In this document: positions 28,703 to 38,336 of the stretch, piece after piece
How positions within the stretch are numbered: position 1 is the first letter of the stretch
How the letters are laid out: each line of letters begins with the position of its first letter
IMG/VR virus record: IMGVR_UViG_3300000062_000003
Span: 69,628-110,764 of that record
Origin: a virus
Strand: one strand, 5' to 3'
DNA length: 41,137 nt
The notes under the pieces: generated by a model
The model's database searches: none
Seen by the model: the letters and a program-made list of their open reading frames with translations, nothing else
Told to the model about the DNA's origin: nothing
Position numbers and translations under genes: made by a program

Positions 28703-30064
28703 ATGGAAACGAAACAAGAGGACTACTCTTATAATGTTGAGGAGCAGCAGTATGACTATCTAGCCAAAGAGTTTAAGTTGAAGAAGTCTCCTGTATATCG
28801 CACAAGTGTACCAGGTGTAAATGGTAGATTTTATGTTACTTTTGATGAAGAAAACAGACCTATCCTATTAACATCAGGTACCACATGTATCGCTGATGGA
28901 TTTGCTGACCCTTATAAAGCTAAGATGCTAGCTGATTGGAGACTCTCAATGATTCTTAAAGGGAGCAACCCTGAGCTTCATGTAATACGAAGAGCGCATT
29001 ATGGGACGCTGATGCATATCTTATATGGTCATTTACTTATGGGAAAGACAATTCCTATGACAGAGTCCCTTGGTCGTGATGCATTGGAAGATTACATCCG
29101 CACCCTTGACCACGGAATAGATGAGACCAACCTTCAGTATATCTTTGCTAACTATAAGTTAGAGTTAAAGAAAGACATCCTTTCTTTCCTACAATGGGTA
29201 AAAGATTACAAGGTAAAGCCATTAGCAATAGAATTAATGGGATGTTATGCTAAGTACAAAGTAGGGTCTGCAATAGACCTAGTGTGTACCTTGGAAGATG
29301 AAGTAGATGGTTATTGGGGGGAAGTTTATAAAGTGAACTATGGTGACAGAAAAAAAGGTGACCCTAAAAAATCTAAGAAGAAGGTTAGAGTAGTAGCTAT
29401 TGTTGACTATAAGTCAGGAAAAAAAGGGTTTTATGATTCTTATATTTTACAACTGTACCTGTATCGTAAGATTCTGGAAGACCAGTATGGGGTCAAGGTT
29501 GATGCTACCTATAATTTTGCACCAAATGATTGGAGAAAAACTCCTACTTATAAATTTGTACAGCAGGATGACCGAAAGCTAGGTAATCAGTACTTTGACT
29601 CAGTAATGGAGCAAGGCATGAAGAAGTTTGAGGATAAGCCAAAGACATATTCAATTTTTACAGGTAATGCAGCTGTAGATTCTGAACATAGTTCTGTAGA
29701 GTACCAAGAGGTAAATCTCCTTGAAGAATTGTATAAGAGGTATTGTCCTGATAAAGTTCATGAACTTACAGGGGTCACGGAGATTGTCTCACAAGTTTCA
29801 AACAGTACTCCCGACCCCGAACATTTAGAAGTTATACAACAACTTGCAACAAAAGGAGAAGGTGCTTCTATTCTATTTCTAAGTAAACAATCAATGGAGG
29901 TTTTATATTTCATATATGAACAAACTTTCAGAAATAAAGAAATAGTAGAACAAGAACTTACAAAAGCAGAGTTAATAGAGGCAATAAACCAACGACTATT
30001 TGATGGGAAATATAATATGGAAGCACAGGTTTTTACGGAGAACGAGGAAGCTCAAATGTCCTGA
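28703..30064 (+). CDS. PD-(D/E)XK exonuclease-like protein
   Basis: YGTLMH...E...GSAIDLV...IVDYKSG...QLYLY. Confidence 0.7.
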   Translation: METKQEDYSYNVEEQQYDYLAKEFKLKKSPVYRTSVPGVNGRFYVTFDEENRPILLTSGTTCIADGFADPYKAKMLADWRLSMILKGSNPELHVIRRAHYGTLMHILYGHLLMGKTIPMTESLGRDALEDYIRTLDHGIDETNLQYIFANYKLELKKDILSFLQWVKDYKVKPLAIELMGCYAKYKVGSAIDLVCTLEDEVDGYWGEVYKVNYGDRKKGDPKKSKKKVRVVAIVDYKSGKKGFYDSYILQLYLYRKILEDQYGVKVDATYNFAPNDWRKTPTYKFVQQDDRKLGNQYFDSVMEQGMKKFEDKPKTYSIFTGNAAVDSEHSSVEYQEVNLLEELYKRYCPDKVHELTGVTEIVSQVSNSTPDPEHLEVIQQLATKGEGASILFLSKQSMEVLYFIYEQTFRNKEIVEQELTKAELIEAINQRLFDGKYNMEAQVFTENEEAQMS

Positions 30065-30992
30065 TTGTGGTAGGCTGACACTGGTTCCGTTTTACAATAT
30101 AGAGACTAATCAACCTTTTGAAGGAAATATTTTTGGAAAATGTGATAGGCAAAATAATTGTAATTATTATAGAAAACCTATATGGCAAGACTATAAGAGA
30201 TTAGGTATATTAGAGTTCGAAGATGAAGTACCCTCTGATTACAAACTTAAAGTACACCCAAAAGTAGTTCAAAAAATAAATGAGGAGGAAGATGATGCTT
30301 TTAACTCTATAGAAATAAAAGAAGTTCTTTCCACCACAATAGTAGACTACTCACAGATATCATTATTTAGATGGTTATGCAGTATTTGGGAGGAGAACAA
30401 GGTTAGGGCAGTGTTTCAGAGACATATGGTTGGATATGACCAAAGATGGGGGGGAAGTCCAGTATTTTGGTATATGGATTATGATGGAAGTACACGGTCA
30501 GGGAAGGTGATGGGGTATGATGACAAGACAGGTAAGAGAGTTAAAACTCCTTATAGCCAAGTTTCTTGGTTACATATTCGTGACCGACAATTACGAGAAA
30601 TAAGGGAGCCTACTTTTTCTATAAAGTTATGTTTGTTCGGAGAACATTTGATAGACCACTATCATAAATTTAGGGTAGTAGAATCCGAGAAAACAGCTAT
30701 AATCTGTCAATTAGAGGAGAAAGACCCTTTTACATTATGGTTGGCTGTGGGAGGTTCCGAAAACATATTAAATAGTATATTTAGAGTATTGGAAGGTAGA
30801 CCAGTAGTTTTCCACCCTGACAAGGGAAAAGCATTTCATAAATGGAATCAAAAGATACAACTACTAGATGAAGATATACGACATAATTTCAAAATATCTA
30901 GTTGTTTGGAAGGTACTCCTTTACCAGAAGAAAGTGATTTAGCTGACTATATACTATCAAAGAAACAACAAGTTTTCTTTCACAAAGTTTAA
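30003..30992 (+). CDS. Putative primase (Zn finger plus Toprim; DUF6371-like)
   Basis: CPDCG...GKCDRQNNCNY; CLFGEHL; VVESEKTAII; WLAVGG; FHPD; DLADY. Confidence 0.7.
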   Translation: MGNIIWKHRFLRRTRKLKCPDCGRLTLVPFYNIETNQPFEGNIFGKCDRQNNCNYYRKPIWQDYKRLGILEFEDEVPSDYKLKVHPKVVQKINEEEDDAFNSIEIKEVLSTTIVDYSQISLFRWLCSIWEENKVRAVFQRHMVGYDQRWGGSPVFWYMDYDGSTRSGKVMGYDDKTGKRVKTPYSQVSWLHIRDRQLREIREPTFSIKLCLFGEHLIDHYHKFRVVESEKTAIICQLEEKDPFTLWLAVGGSENILNSIFRVLEGRPVVFHPDKGKAFHKWNQKIQLLDEDIRHNFKISSCLEGTPLPEESDLADYILSKKQQVFFHKV

Positions 30993-31033
30993 CAGTATAC
31001 CAAGGCATATATCAAGTCAATTGAGTATCTTTG
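30988..31033 (+). promoter_or_regulatory. Promoter (-7 TATCTTTG with upstream TTTAACA)
   Basis: TATCTTTG at 31026-33; TTTAACA at 30988, 38 nt upstream. Confidence 0.6.
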
Positions 31034-31062
31034 TAAAGTAAATAACAATAAGTTAAAATAAT

Positions 31063-31647
31063 ATGAAAATAATTGGAGAAAATGTATTGGTACTATTAAC
31101 ACCTACTATTTCCAGTATTATGGAAGGCACAGGATTAGTTACAAATGGTAATGCTATGAATGTGAATAATGTAGTAATTATGGAGGTGTCAGACCAAATA
31201 GCTGGAGCAGAAGTAGACTTCCTCATTAAAGGAGATAGAGTAATTGTTGCTACTGCTGCATTATCTAAAAACAATGTCATTAACTACAAAGGAAAGGATT
31301 TTTTATTAGTAAAGAAAGCAGGAGTTCGAGTAGTGGAACAAGTAGTAGGATTAACTTACAGAAAATTTCATTTTGAAGAAGGAGAATTATGTGTAAGAGT
31401 CTTAAACTCTCAGGAGATTGCAATTCAGGCACCTCCGAATGAGGGGATAAATGAAAAAGGAATAGAGACCTTTTACACACCAGATTTACTACCTCTACTT
31501 TATACAGATACATATTTTTTGCAATCTACAAGGGTGTATTCACCAGAACAGTTACAGGAAATAGAGGACAAATATGGTAAGCAAGTAGGCAAGTATATTA
31601 AGGAGGAACTCGAAATTCTAGAAGCAGCAAAATTATTTAGAGATTAA
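31063..31647 (+). CDS. GroES-like co-chaperonin with a C-terminal extension
   Basis: MKIIGENVLV...GLV...IKGDRVIV...YKGKDFLLVKKAGV aligns by eye with Cpn10; about 100 extra C-terminal residues. Confidence 0.55.
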   Translation: MKIIGENVLVLLTPTISSIMEGTGLVTNGNAMNVNNVVIMEVSDQIAGAEVDFLIKGDRVIVATAALSKNNVINYKGKDFLLVKKAGVRVVEQVVGLTYRKFHFEEGELCVRVLNSQEIAIQAPPNEGINEKGIETFYTPDLLPLLYTDTYFLQSTRVYSPEQLQEIEDKYGKQVGKYIKEELEILEAAKLFRD

Positions 31648-31679
31648 CTAGTTTTATTATAAATTTATAAATTAACTTT

Positions 31680-32201
31680 ATGGCAATCAGAAAATCATTG
31701 GATTTAGGTAAGAAAAAAGAAGTATCAAATTCGGAAAGCGAAGGCGCACCACTAATGTCTTTGAAGGATATCATCGCAAAGGGGTATAATTATGACCCAA
31801 ATGTTGAGGTACCTGTACCTACAGGAGTACTATCTGAACTTATCTCTATTGCAAATGTGTACTTGGATGACAACACTGAGCAAGTAATGCAACGTATCCC
31901 TAAAATTGAAGAAGGCCAGGTTACAGGATTTACTACTTCTATTTCAATTATGATGAAAGGGGCTGCACCACATGTTGATGAGTTCTTAAGTAAAACTATT
32001 GAACCATTAGCAGTACAACATTTCTATGATGGGTACTTTGTAAATAGTAGTACTGATGGAGCTTGTAAATCAGACATATCTTCAGATGAAGTTGAGCCAT
32101 ATGTGGAACAAAGATGCTCGGAAGATGAATGTAGGGGTGAGAACAAATGTAAATCTACTGACCAGTGTCAGTGTAAAAAAGAAGTAGCTGAGGTAGAATA
32201 A
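31680..32201 (+). CDS. Hypothetical protein with a Cys-rich tail
   Basis: 173-aa ORF. Confidence 0.65.
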   Translation: MAIRKSLDLGKKKEVSNSESEGAPLMSLKDIIAKGYNYDPNVEVPVPTGVLSELISIANVYLDDNTEQVMQRIPKIEEGQVTGFTTSISIMMKGAAPHVDEFLSKTIEPLAVQHFYDGYFVNSSTDGACKSDISSDEVEPYVEQRCSEDECRGENKCKSTDQCQCKKEVAEVE

Positions 32202-32220
32202 GTAACTAAATTGAGGTAAT

Positions 32221-32913
32221 ATGAATCAACCAACAAAAAGAACAAGGGAAGAAATATTTCATTACCTCACTCTAGTGCTTGAGAGGGTAATTGAGACCTC
32301 TACACAACCAGCAGCAGTACCTAGGATAGAGGAAGGGATAGGAGAGTTATCAACAGCACTAGCAGATATTAACTCCTACCTGGCTCTCTTGAAAGGGTAT
32401 ACTCCTGAAGAAATAGAGAAAGCGATTACCTTCTTAAAAAACTACGATTCTTTAGAGGTAGTAGTAAAGGAAGAGCAGATAGACGAACTAGACCAGGATA
32501 TTACACTAGCTATTGATAAGGTTAAGCAATTAACTACTTACTATCAGAAAGCAATAGCACATTCGGATGTATATGAGATGGAAAGGTTGAAAGGCGAGAT
32601 TAATCATTTATCAGCCTCCCTGACCCCAGTATGGATAACATCTGAAAAGCTATATCGTAAAACTGACCAGTTTGCATCAAAGTATTTATTGCCTAGACTA
32701 ACTGAAGAAATAGAAAGACGAGAGTCAATATCTACTGCCAGTGCAAAAGCTAAAGCACAGCGTACTCCTGAATTTATAAAACTAAAGGAAGTAGTAGACC
32801 AGTTATTCATGTTAAAATCTACGGTGTCAGTGGTGTCGGATAAGCTATCTCCCTTTCAAAAGGATGTAATGCAATCAGTTTCAACTATTAACCGTGCTAT
32901 TCCAAATAAGTAA
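32221..32913 (+). CDS. Hypothetical coiled-coil protein
   Basis: 230-aa ORF with helical composition. Confidence 0.65.
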   Translation: MNQPTKRTREEIFHYLTLVLERVIETSTQPAAVPRIEEGIGELSTALADINSYLALLKGYTPEEIEKAITFLKNYDSLEVVVKEEQIDELDQDITLAIDKVKQLTTYYQKAIAHSDVYEMERLKGEINHLSASLTPVWITSEKLYRKTDQFASKYLLPRLTEEIERRESISTASAKAKAQRTPEFIKLKEVVDQLFMLKSTVSVVSDKLSPFQKDVMQSVSTINRAIPNK

Positions 32914-32923
32914 ATTATTAATT

Positions 32924-33121
32924 ATGAGTGATTTTAAAACACGTTTAGAGGCAGAACAATCAGAGTTAGTGGATAAGATGGTCAAACTCAGCTCTTTTAT
33001 GTCAAGCGAAAAGAACAAAGATATTGCCTCAATACAGAAAACCCTTTTACTTATTCAATATAGTGCAATGATTACTTATAATCATTGTTTAATGGAAAGG
33101 TTAAAAGGATTAGAATCCTAA
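32924..33121 (+). CDS. crAss001_48-like small protein
   Basis: MSDFKTRLEAEQSELVDKMVKLSSF...LLLIQYSAMITYNHCLMERL pattern; ATG at 32924. Confidence 0.7.
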   Translation: MSDFKTRLEAEQSELVDKMVKLSSFMSSEKNKDIASIQKTLLLIQYSAMITYNHCLMERLKGLES

Positions 33122-33149
33122 TATCTAAGTTAAAATAATAGTAAACATT

Positions 33150-33179
33150 AGGTAGGTAACAACCAATTACCTACCTTTG
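33150..33179 (+). promoter_or_regulatory. Palindrome/promoter copy C, upstream of groEL
   Basis: AGGTAGGTAA-caaccaa-TTACCTACCT-TTG; -7 element TACCTTTG at 33172. Confidence 0.85.
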
Positions 33180-33196
33180 TTTTAAAATTTGATAAT

Positions 33197-34906
33197 ATGG
33201 CAAGATTAGTTAAAGGACAAGAATTTAGATTAAGAAGTTTGTTTGGACTTCGACAATTAGTTACTGCTATAGGGTCTACTATGGGAGTTAATGGGGGCAA
33301 TGTTATGTGGAAATATACTGAACAACACTTCGGCCTTACAAAGGATGGAGTAACAGTAGCAACTAACTTCTTCATAACCAGGGACTCAGTAGCACATGCA
33401 ATTAGTTCTTATGTTAAACAAGTTTCTCAACGTACTAATAAGTTAGTAGGAGATGGTACGAGTACTAGTAATGTTTTAGCTACAGAACTTTATGAGCGTG
33501 GACTCATGTTTACAGGGCAATATCCAAAAACAACTTTTTTGAGGGAGATGTTGCCAAAAAGCATGACATTATCTGATGCTTCCAGATTGCCAGCAATTGA
33601 CTATGAAGCGTACGATTACTTTAGTTTAAAGGAGAACACATACTCTCCAACCACTTACCTGACTCCTAGGAAATTCAGAGATGTATTAGATGACTATACG
33701 GATTCCGCAGTCAAGTATCTTTACCATCTGAGAGAGAAAATGAATCTCACACCAGAAGAAATAGTACGACATGTAGCACACACTTCCAGTAATGGAGATG
33801 CACTAATCACTGACTTGTTTGTAGAAGCATTCAAATCTGTTAATATGGATGGTGTAGTTATTGCAGAGGCAGATTTAGTTGGAAGTAATACAGTAGGCCA
33901 GATAGATGGTTTTTCCTTTGAAGGACATGCAATAAATCCTGTATTGTTGAACCCCAATACAATGAGTCAGGAGTATGAGAATCCATTGGTATTGGTTACA
34001 GACAAGTACCTTGATTCGGATGCAGATGTAGCACAAGCTATCAAACTAAGTCGTGATTATCAAAGACCATTTGTATTAGTGTGTTCAGACATTAGTGACC
34101 AGCTACTTAGTGCCATGGTACGAGCTATGATTAGTGAAGGTGTTAAAGGTATTCCTGTTAAGGCACCATATTATGGAACTGAGCGCGTCGATTTCCTCCA
34201 TGACCTCTGTGTTGCAACTGGGGCAACTTTTATAGATACAGAAGGAAATGCACTTAGAAATTATGAAAGAAGACATTGTGGTACAGTTCCAAGAGTAATC
34301 GTGAATAGTACAGGTACAAAACTAATAGGACATTTAGATAATCCTAAAATTGCTGAAAAGGTAGAAGAACGTGTACAAGCTATCCGAACCACATTAGAAG
34401 ATGTAAAATCTGAAAGAGAGCGCGAGATTCTTGAGAAACGTATCAATAATTTGAAAGGAAAGGTAGCTACAATCTCTGTGAAGGTTGAAACAGAAGCAGA
34501 GCGAGAAGAGGTAGCCTACAGGCTAGAAGATGCCTTAAACGCAATCCAAGGAGCTTTAGAGAAGGGAGTATTACCTGGAGGAGGAACATCACTTATCTTG
34601 TGTGCTCGACACATGCAAAAAGAGTTCTATAATAAGGATTTTGCAAATATGATGTTCGATGTTTTAGTAGAGCCATTTAATGTTCTTATTAAAAATTCAG
34701 GAGGAGACCCTGCTGAATACATTAAGAAGTTAGATGCTTTATCTGAGGATAATCCCATTGGTATTGAACTTAGGTCTATGGAGGTTGCAAATATGATTAG
34801 TCAGGGAGTACTAGACCCACTCAAAGTAACAGAATCAGTATTAAAGACTGCCTGTTCGATATCAAAAACTTTGCTACAAACTCAGATTATGTTATCGAAC
34901 GACTAA
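33197..34906 (+). CDS. groEL: Phage chaperonin GroEL (Cpn60)
   Basis: TKDGVTVA, GDGTST, KAPYYG, RLEDALNA, GVLPGGG and GVLDPLKV motifs. Confidence 0.92.
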   Translation: MARLVKGQEFRLRSLFGLRQLVTAIGSTMGVNGGNVMWKYTEQHFGLTKDGVTVATNFFITRDSVAHAISSYVKQVSQRTNKLVGDGTSTSNVLATELYERGLMFTGQYPKTTFLREMLPKSMTLSDASRLPAIDYEAYDYFSLKENTYSPTTYLTPRKFRDVLDDYTDSAVKYLYHLREKMNLTPEEIVRHVAHTSSNGDALITDLFVEAFKSVNMDGVVIAEADLVGSNTVGQIDGFSFEGHAINPVLLNPNTMSQEYENPLVLVTDKYLDSDADVAQAIKLSRDYQRPFVLVCSDISDQLLSAMVRAMISEGVKGIPVKAPYYGTERVDFLHDLCVATGATFIDTEGNALRNYERRHCGTVPRVIVNSTGTKLIGHLDNPKIAEKVEERVQAIRTTLEDVKSEREREILEKRINNLKGKVATISVKVETEAEREEVAYRLEDALNAIQGALEKGVLPGGGTSLILCARHMQKEFYNKDFANMMFDVLVEPFNVLIKNSGGDPAEYIKKLDALSEDNPIGIELRSMEVANMISQGVLDPLKVTESVLKTACSISKTLLQTQIMLSND

Positions 34907-34932
34907 AATATTGATATTCAGTACTTTAGTAG

Positions 34933-34987
34933 TTAACTAACTTTAACAAATATATTTAGGTAGGTAAAATAAAATTACCTACCTTTG
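34933..34987 (+). repeat. Promoter/palindrome repeat, copy B1
   Basis: TTAACTAACTTTAACAAATATATTT-AGGTAGGTAA-aataaaa-TTACCTACCT-TTG. Confidence 0.9.
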
Positions 34988-35032
34988 TTTTTAAGTATCT
35001 ACAATACAAAATAGAGATATAAAAACCAAAGA

Positions 35033-35290
35033 ATGACCAGAGAACAATACTTAGAAATCAGGCGAGCAGGAGACCTACCTAGTCTTTTTCGATACTTTTA
35101 TTCAGTTTATGTAGAGGCAACTGATAAACCAGTGCCTTTTCAGATGTTTTATATAACTTTTAAACAGTGGTTGCAATCAGACATGTTCAACACCCCTGAC
35201 TACTGGAGTGCATTAGATACCAAATATGAATTAAATTTTGTATACAGTACTACTGATAAACAACCTCAAAATATAATCTATATTTATTAA
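35033..35290 (+). CDS. Hypothetical protein
   Basis: 85-aa ORF directly upstream of the helicase. Confidence 0.6.
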   Translation: MTREQYLEIRRAGDLPSLFRYFYSVYVEATDKPVPFQMFYITFKQWLQSDMFNTPDYWSALDTKYELNFVYSTTDKQPQNIIYIY

Positions 35291-35292
35291 AT

Positions 35293-36357
35293 ATGAAGTT
35301 CATTAAATGTTCTACAGAAGTTATTGAGCAGGCTGCAAATGAATTAAGACAGTATGAAACAGGGGAAATTAAACCTATCAAAACTAGATATGACCATTTG
35401 AATGAAAATACTTATGGGGGTATCTTACCTGGTACTATTACTGTTATTGCTGGAACGTCAGGTACAGGAAAAAGTTTTGTAGCACAAGAACTAGAGGAAG
35501 ACTTTCTTAATCCAGACCTTAATCCAGGAGCAGAAGAGCATATTCTACTTCGTTGTAATTGGGAAATGATATTTAGGTCATTACTTGTACGTTCTATTCG
35601 TAAACAAATGCCTCTAACTCTGAAGGATATATATTATAAGGAGAAGTCAGAGGCGGAGCGACAAGTAATTGAACAAGTAATCGCCAGAGAACAATCAAAG
35701 AATATATATTATTTCTCCCAACCTGTGACCCCAGAAGAGTTCGAAAAAGATGTAAGAGCTTTTCTAGAAATGCATAAATCAGCTAAACGTATATGGGTAA
35801 CTATAGACCATATGGGACTAGTAGAAGGAAGGGATAAATTTATAGCAATGAATACTCTGATAGCTGTTTTAAATAAGATGAAATTGACTCAGGAATTTTC
35901 TAATACTTCTTTTATTCCATTAATGCAGCTTAATAGGGAGATTGAGGGGAGAACTGATGTTAGGTTTTTGAGTCCGAGACGTGGCGATTTCTATGGTGCG
36001 GATTCTATCTTTCAAACAGCCGACCTTGTAATGGTATTACATCGACCTGAAAGACTGTCACATGAAAAATATATGCAATTTCATCCTAGCAAGTATTCAC
36101 ATCTAAAAGAGTTCATGGATAAGCCAGGAGCACAAAGAGCATCTTTCTTAACAGATAACTTAATATTCTTCCACTATCTTAAATTACGAGAGGAGGATGA
36201 AACTATGAATGATGTACATATTGAAAGACTGTCTCATAAAGCAAAGACAGAGATAGAGTTTCAACAGTCTGTAAAAACTGACCAAGAAAGAAAAGTAGAG
36301 GACACTATAGAAAAGCATTTTGCGATGCAGGGAGAAGAAGCTCCATTACCATTTTAA
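35293..36357 (+). CDS. dnaB: DnaB-like (SF4) replicative helicase
   Basis: Walker A GTSGTGKS; Walker B-like VTIDH; QLNRE; ADLVMVLHRP. Confidence 0.85.
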   Translation: MKFIKCSTEVIEQAANELRQYETGEIKPIKTRYDHLNENTYGGILPGTITVIAGTSGTGKSFVAQELEEDFLNPDLNPGAEEHILLRCNWEMIFRSLLVRSIRKQMPLTLKDIYYKEKSEAERQVIEQVIAREQSKNIYYFSQPVTPEEFEKDVRAFLEMHKSAKRIWVTIDHMGLVEGRDKFIAMNTLIAVLNKMKLTQEFSNTSFIPLMQLNREIEGRTDVRFLSPRRGDFYGADSIFQTADLVMVLHRPERLSHEKYMQFHPSKYSHLKEFMDKPGAQRASFLTDNLIFFHYLKLREEDETMNDVHIERLSHKAKTEIEFQQSVKTDQERKVEDTIEKHFAMQGEEAPLPF

Positions 36358-36387
36358 TGGTACTTAATGATATTTAATTTCGAATAG

Positions 36388-37872
36388 ATGGCAACTAAAC
36401 TAGATACTGAAACATATATAAAACTAGCTACAGAAGTACATAAAGGAAGGTATCTGTACCCTAACTTAAAATACTTAAGTATTCACGAGAAGGTAGAAAT
36501 ACTTTGTCAGGTACATGGTGCTTTTTGGCAGTCAGCTAATTCTCACAAAAGAGGTAATGGCTGTCCAAAATGTAGGGTTGATGCACATAAGGCAAGGTAT
36601 GATAACCAGTTTGAGACATTTAAAAGTAAAGCTAGAAAAGTTCATGGAGATATTTATGATTACAGCTTAAGTGAGTATAAAAAGGCTAAGATAAATATAG
36701 CTATAATTTGTAAAAAACATAATAAGTTATTCTATCAAACACCAGACTCTCACATAAACAGACAAGCAGGGTGCCCTATATGTGCAATAGAAAAATCTGC
36801 GAATAGTAAGAAATCAAATAAAGCTTCGTTTATCAGAAAAGCTAAGGAAGTTCATGGAGAGACTTTTGATTATAAAGATGTAACATATGTGTCAAGTTTA
36901 GAGAAGGTATTAGTAACATGCAATAATAATCATACATTTTTAGTAACTCCTGGTAATCATTTACAAGGGAGAAATTGTCCTTATTGTAGTAGGGGACAAA
37001 CTACTTCTATACAGGAGAAAGAATTAGAGGCTTTTGTTAACACTGTTATCTCTAACTATTATACTAATACCAGAAAAGTACTAAGTGGAAAAGAACTAGA
37101 CATTTACATACCTTCTAAGAAGATAGCTATGGAGTTTGATGGTGCATATTGGCACTCTGAAAAGTTTGTAGATTATAAGTATCACTTGTCTAAGACAGAA
37201 GAGTGCGAAAAGCAAGGAATCCAACTCATCCACATCTTTGAAGATGAGTGGGAAACTAAACAGCAAATAGTAAAATCTAGATTAAGACAAATACTAGGCT
37301 GTCAAGTATCGAAAGTATATGCACGCCAAACCGAGGTCAGGGAGGTGCCACCAACAGAAGCCCGACTCTTTCTACAAAGGACTCACATACAAGGAGCTGT
37401 GGGAGCAACTGTGAGACTCGGACTCTACTACGAGGACAAACTTGTAGCCTTGATGACCTTTGGAAAGCCTCGCATTTGCCTAGGTAGAAAGACCTTCGAG
37501 GAAGGTGAATGGGAGCTACTGCGCTTCTGCACAGAATTGGACACCACTGTTGTAGGCGGAGCTTCCAAGCTCCTTAAGTACTTTGAGAAGCATTACTCGC
37601 CTAACAAGGTCTTTTCTTATGCAGACAGGCGATGGTCACAGGGAGGCTTGTACACCCAGCTGGGTTTCACCCTTGCTTCGAAGACAAGACCTAACTATTT
37701 TTATGTTAAAAATGGTAAAAGGTATAATAGATTTAAGTTTAGAAAATCTGAGTTAAGTGGGCGAGGAGAGACAGAGCATGAGAAGGTGCTGAATACTGGG
37801 TATCTTAGAATCTATGACTGTGGCTCTTTAAAGTTTATTAAATTATTTCCCCAAACCCTCAACCTCGGCTAG
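36388..37872 (+). CDS. Putative homing endonuclease (repeated Zn-binding modules plus Vsr/PD-(D/E)XK-like domain)
   Basis: Three VHG..YDY...C..H...CPxC repeats; ELDIYIP...EFDGAYWH; C-terminal domain with ELLRFC...SYADRRWSQG...IYDCG. Confidence 0.75.
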   Translation: MATKLDTETYIKLATEVHKGRYLYPNLKYLSIHEKVEILCQVHGAFWQSANSHKRGNGCPKCRVDAHKARYDNQFETFKSKARKVHGDIYDYSLSEYKKAKINIAIICKKHNKLFYQTPDSHINRQAGCPICAIEKSANSKKSNKASFIRKAKEVHGETFDYKDVTYVSSLEKVLVTCNNNHTFLVTPGNHLQGRNCPYCSRGQTTSIQEKELEAFVNTVISNYYTNTRKVLSGKELDIYIPSKKIAMEFDGAYWHSEKFVDYKYHLSKTEECEKQGIQLIHIFEDEWETKQQIVKSRLRQILGCQVSKVYARQTEVREVPPTEARLFLQRTHIQGAVGATVRLGLYYEDKLVALMTFGKPRICLGRKTFEEGEWELLRFCTELDTTVVGGASKLLKYFEKHYSPNKVFSYADRRWSQGGLYTQLGFTLASKTRPNYFYVKNGKRYNRFKFRKSELSGRGETEHEKVLNTGYLRIYDCGSLKFIKLFPQTLNLG

Positions 37873-37904
37873 CCAGTAAAAAGTAATTATTAAATAAAGA
37901 CATT

Positions 37905-38237
37905 ATGAGTACAAAACATGAAGAAAAACCAAGTAACTGGTTTCCTGTAAAACAAAGATTTGTAGTTGAATTAGAGTTTGATGACATCAATGAGGAGACT
38001 GCCAGACAACTGATACTGAGTTGTATAACCAAGGATACAACAATATTACCCAATTTATATGTGAGACGATTTTATAACAAAGTTACTTCAGTTGAATCAG
38101 TTATAGAGAAGTACAAAAATGATACTATATCACAAGTAAAGGATGAACTAACTAATATGATAACTGATATCAATAATAACCTGGATGCATTCGCACCTTT
38201 ACCTGTAGACATAGGATGGATAGATTTTGAACATTAA
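37905..38237 (+). CDS. Hypothetical protein
   Basis: 110-aa ORF. Confidence 0.6.
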   Translation: MSTKHEEKPSNWFPVKQRFVVELEFDDINEETARQLILSCITKDTTILPNLYVRRFYNKVTSVESVIEKYKNDTISQVKDELTNMITDINNNLDAFAPLPVDIGWIDFEH

Positions 38238-38288
38238 CTAACTTTAACAAGTATATTTAGGTAGGTAATTTTATTTTACCTACCTTTG
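38234..38288 (+). repeat. Promoter/palindrome repeat, copy B2 (spacer inverted)
   Basis: TTAACTAACTTTAACAAGTATATTT-AGGTAGGTAA-ttttatt-TTACCTACCT-TTG; the spacer is the reverse complement of the B1 spacer. Confidence 0.9.
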
Positions 38289-38336
38289 TTATATGTAATA
38301 AGAGCATCTTATAAAGTAAAACAAAACAACAAACAG

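Noticed and set aside
17418-38288. CRISPR array built from the palindromic repeats
   Set aside because: The copies are kilobases apart, sit at promoters and have no regular spacers.
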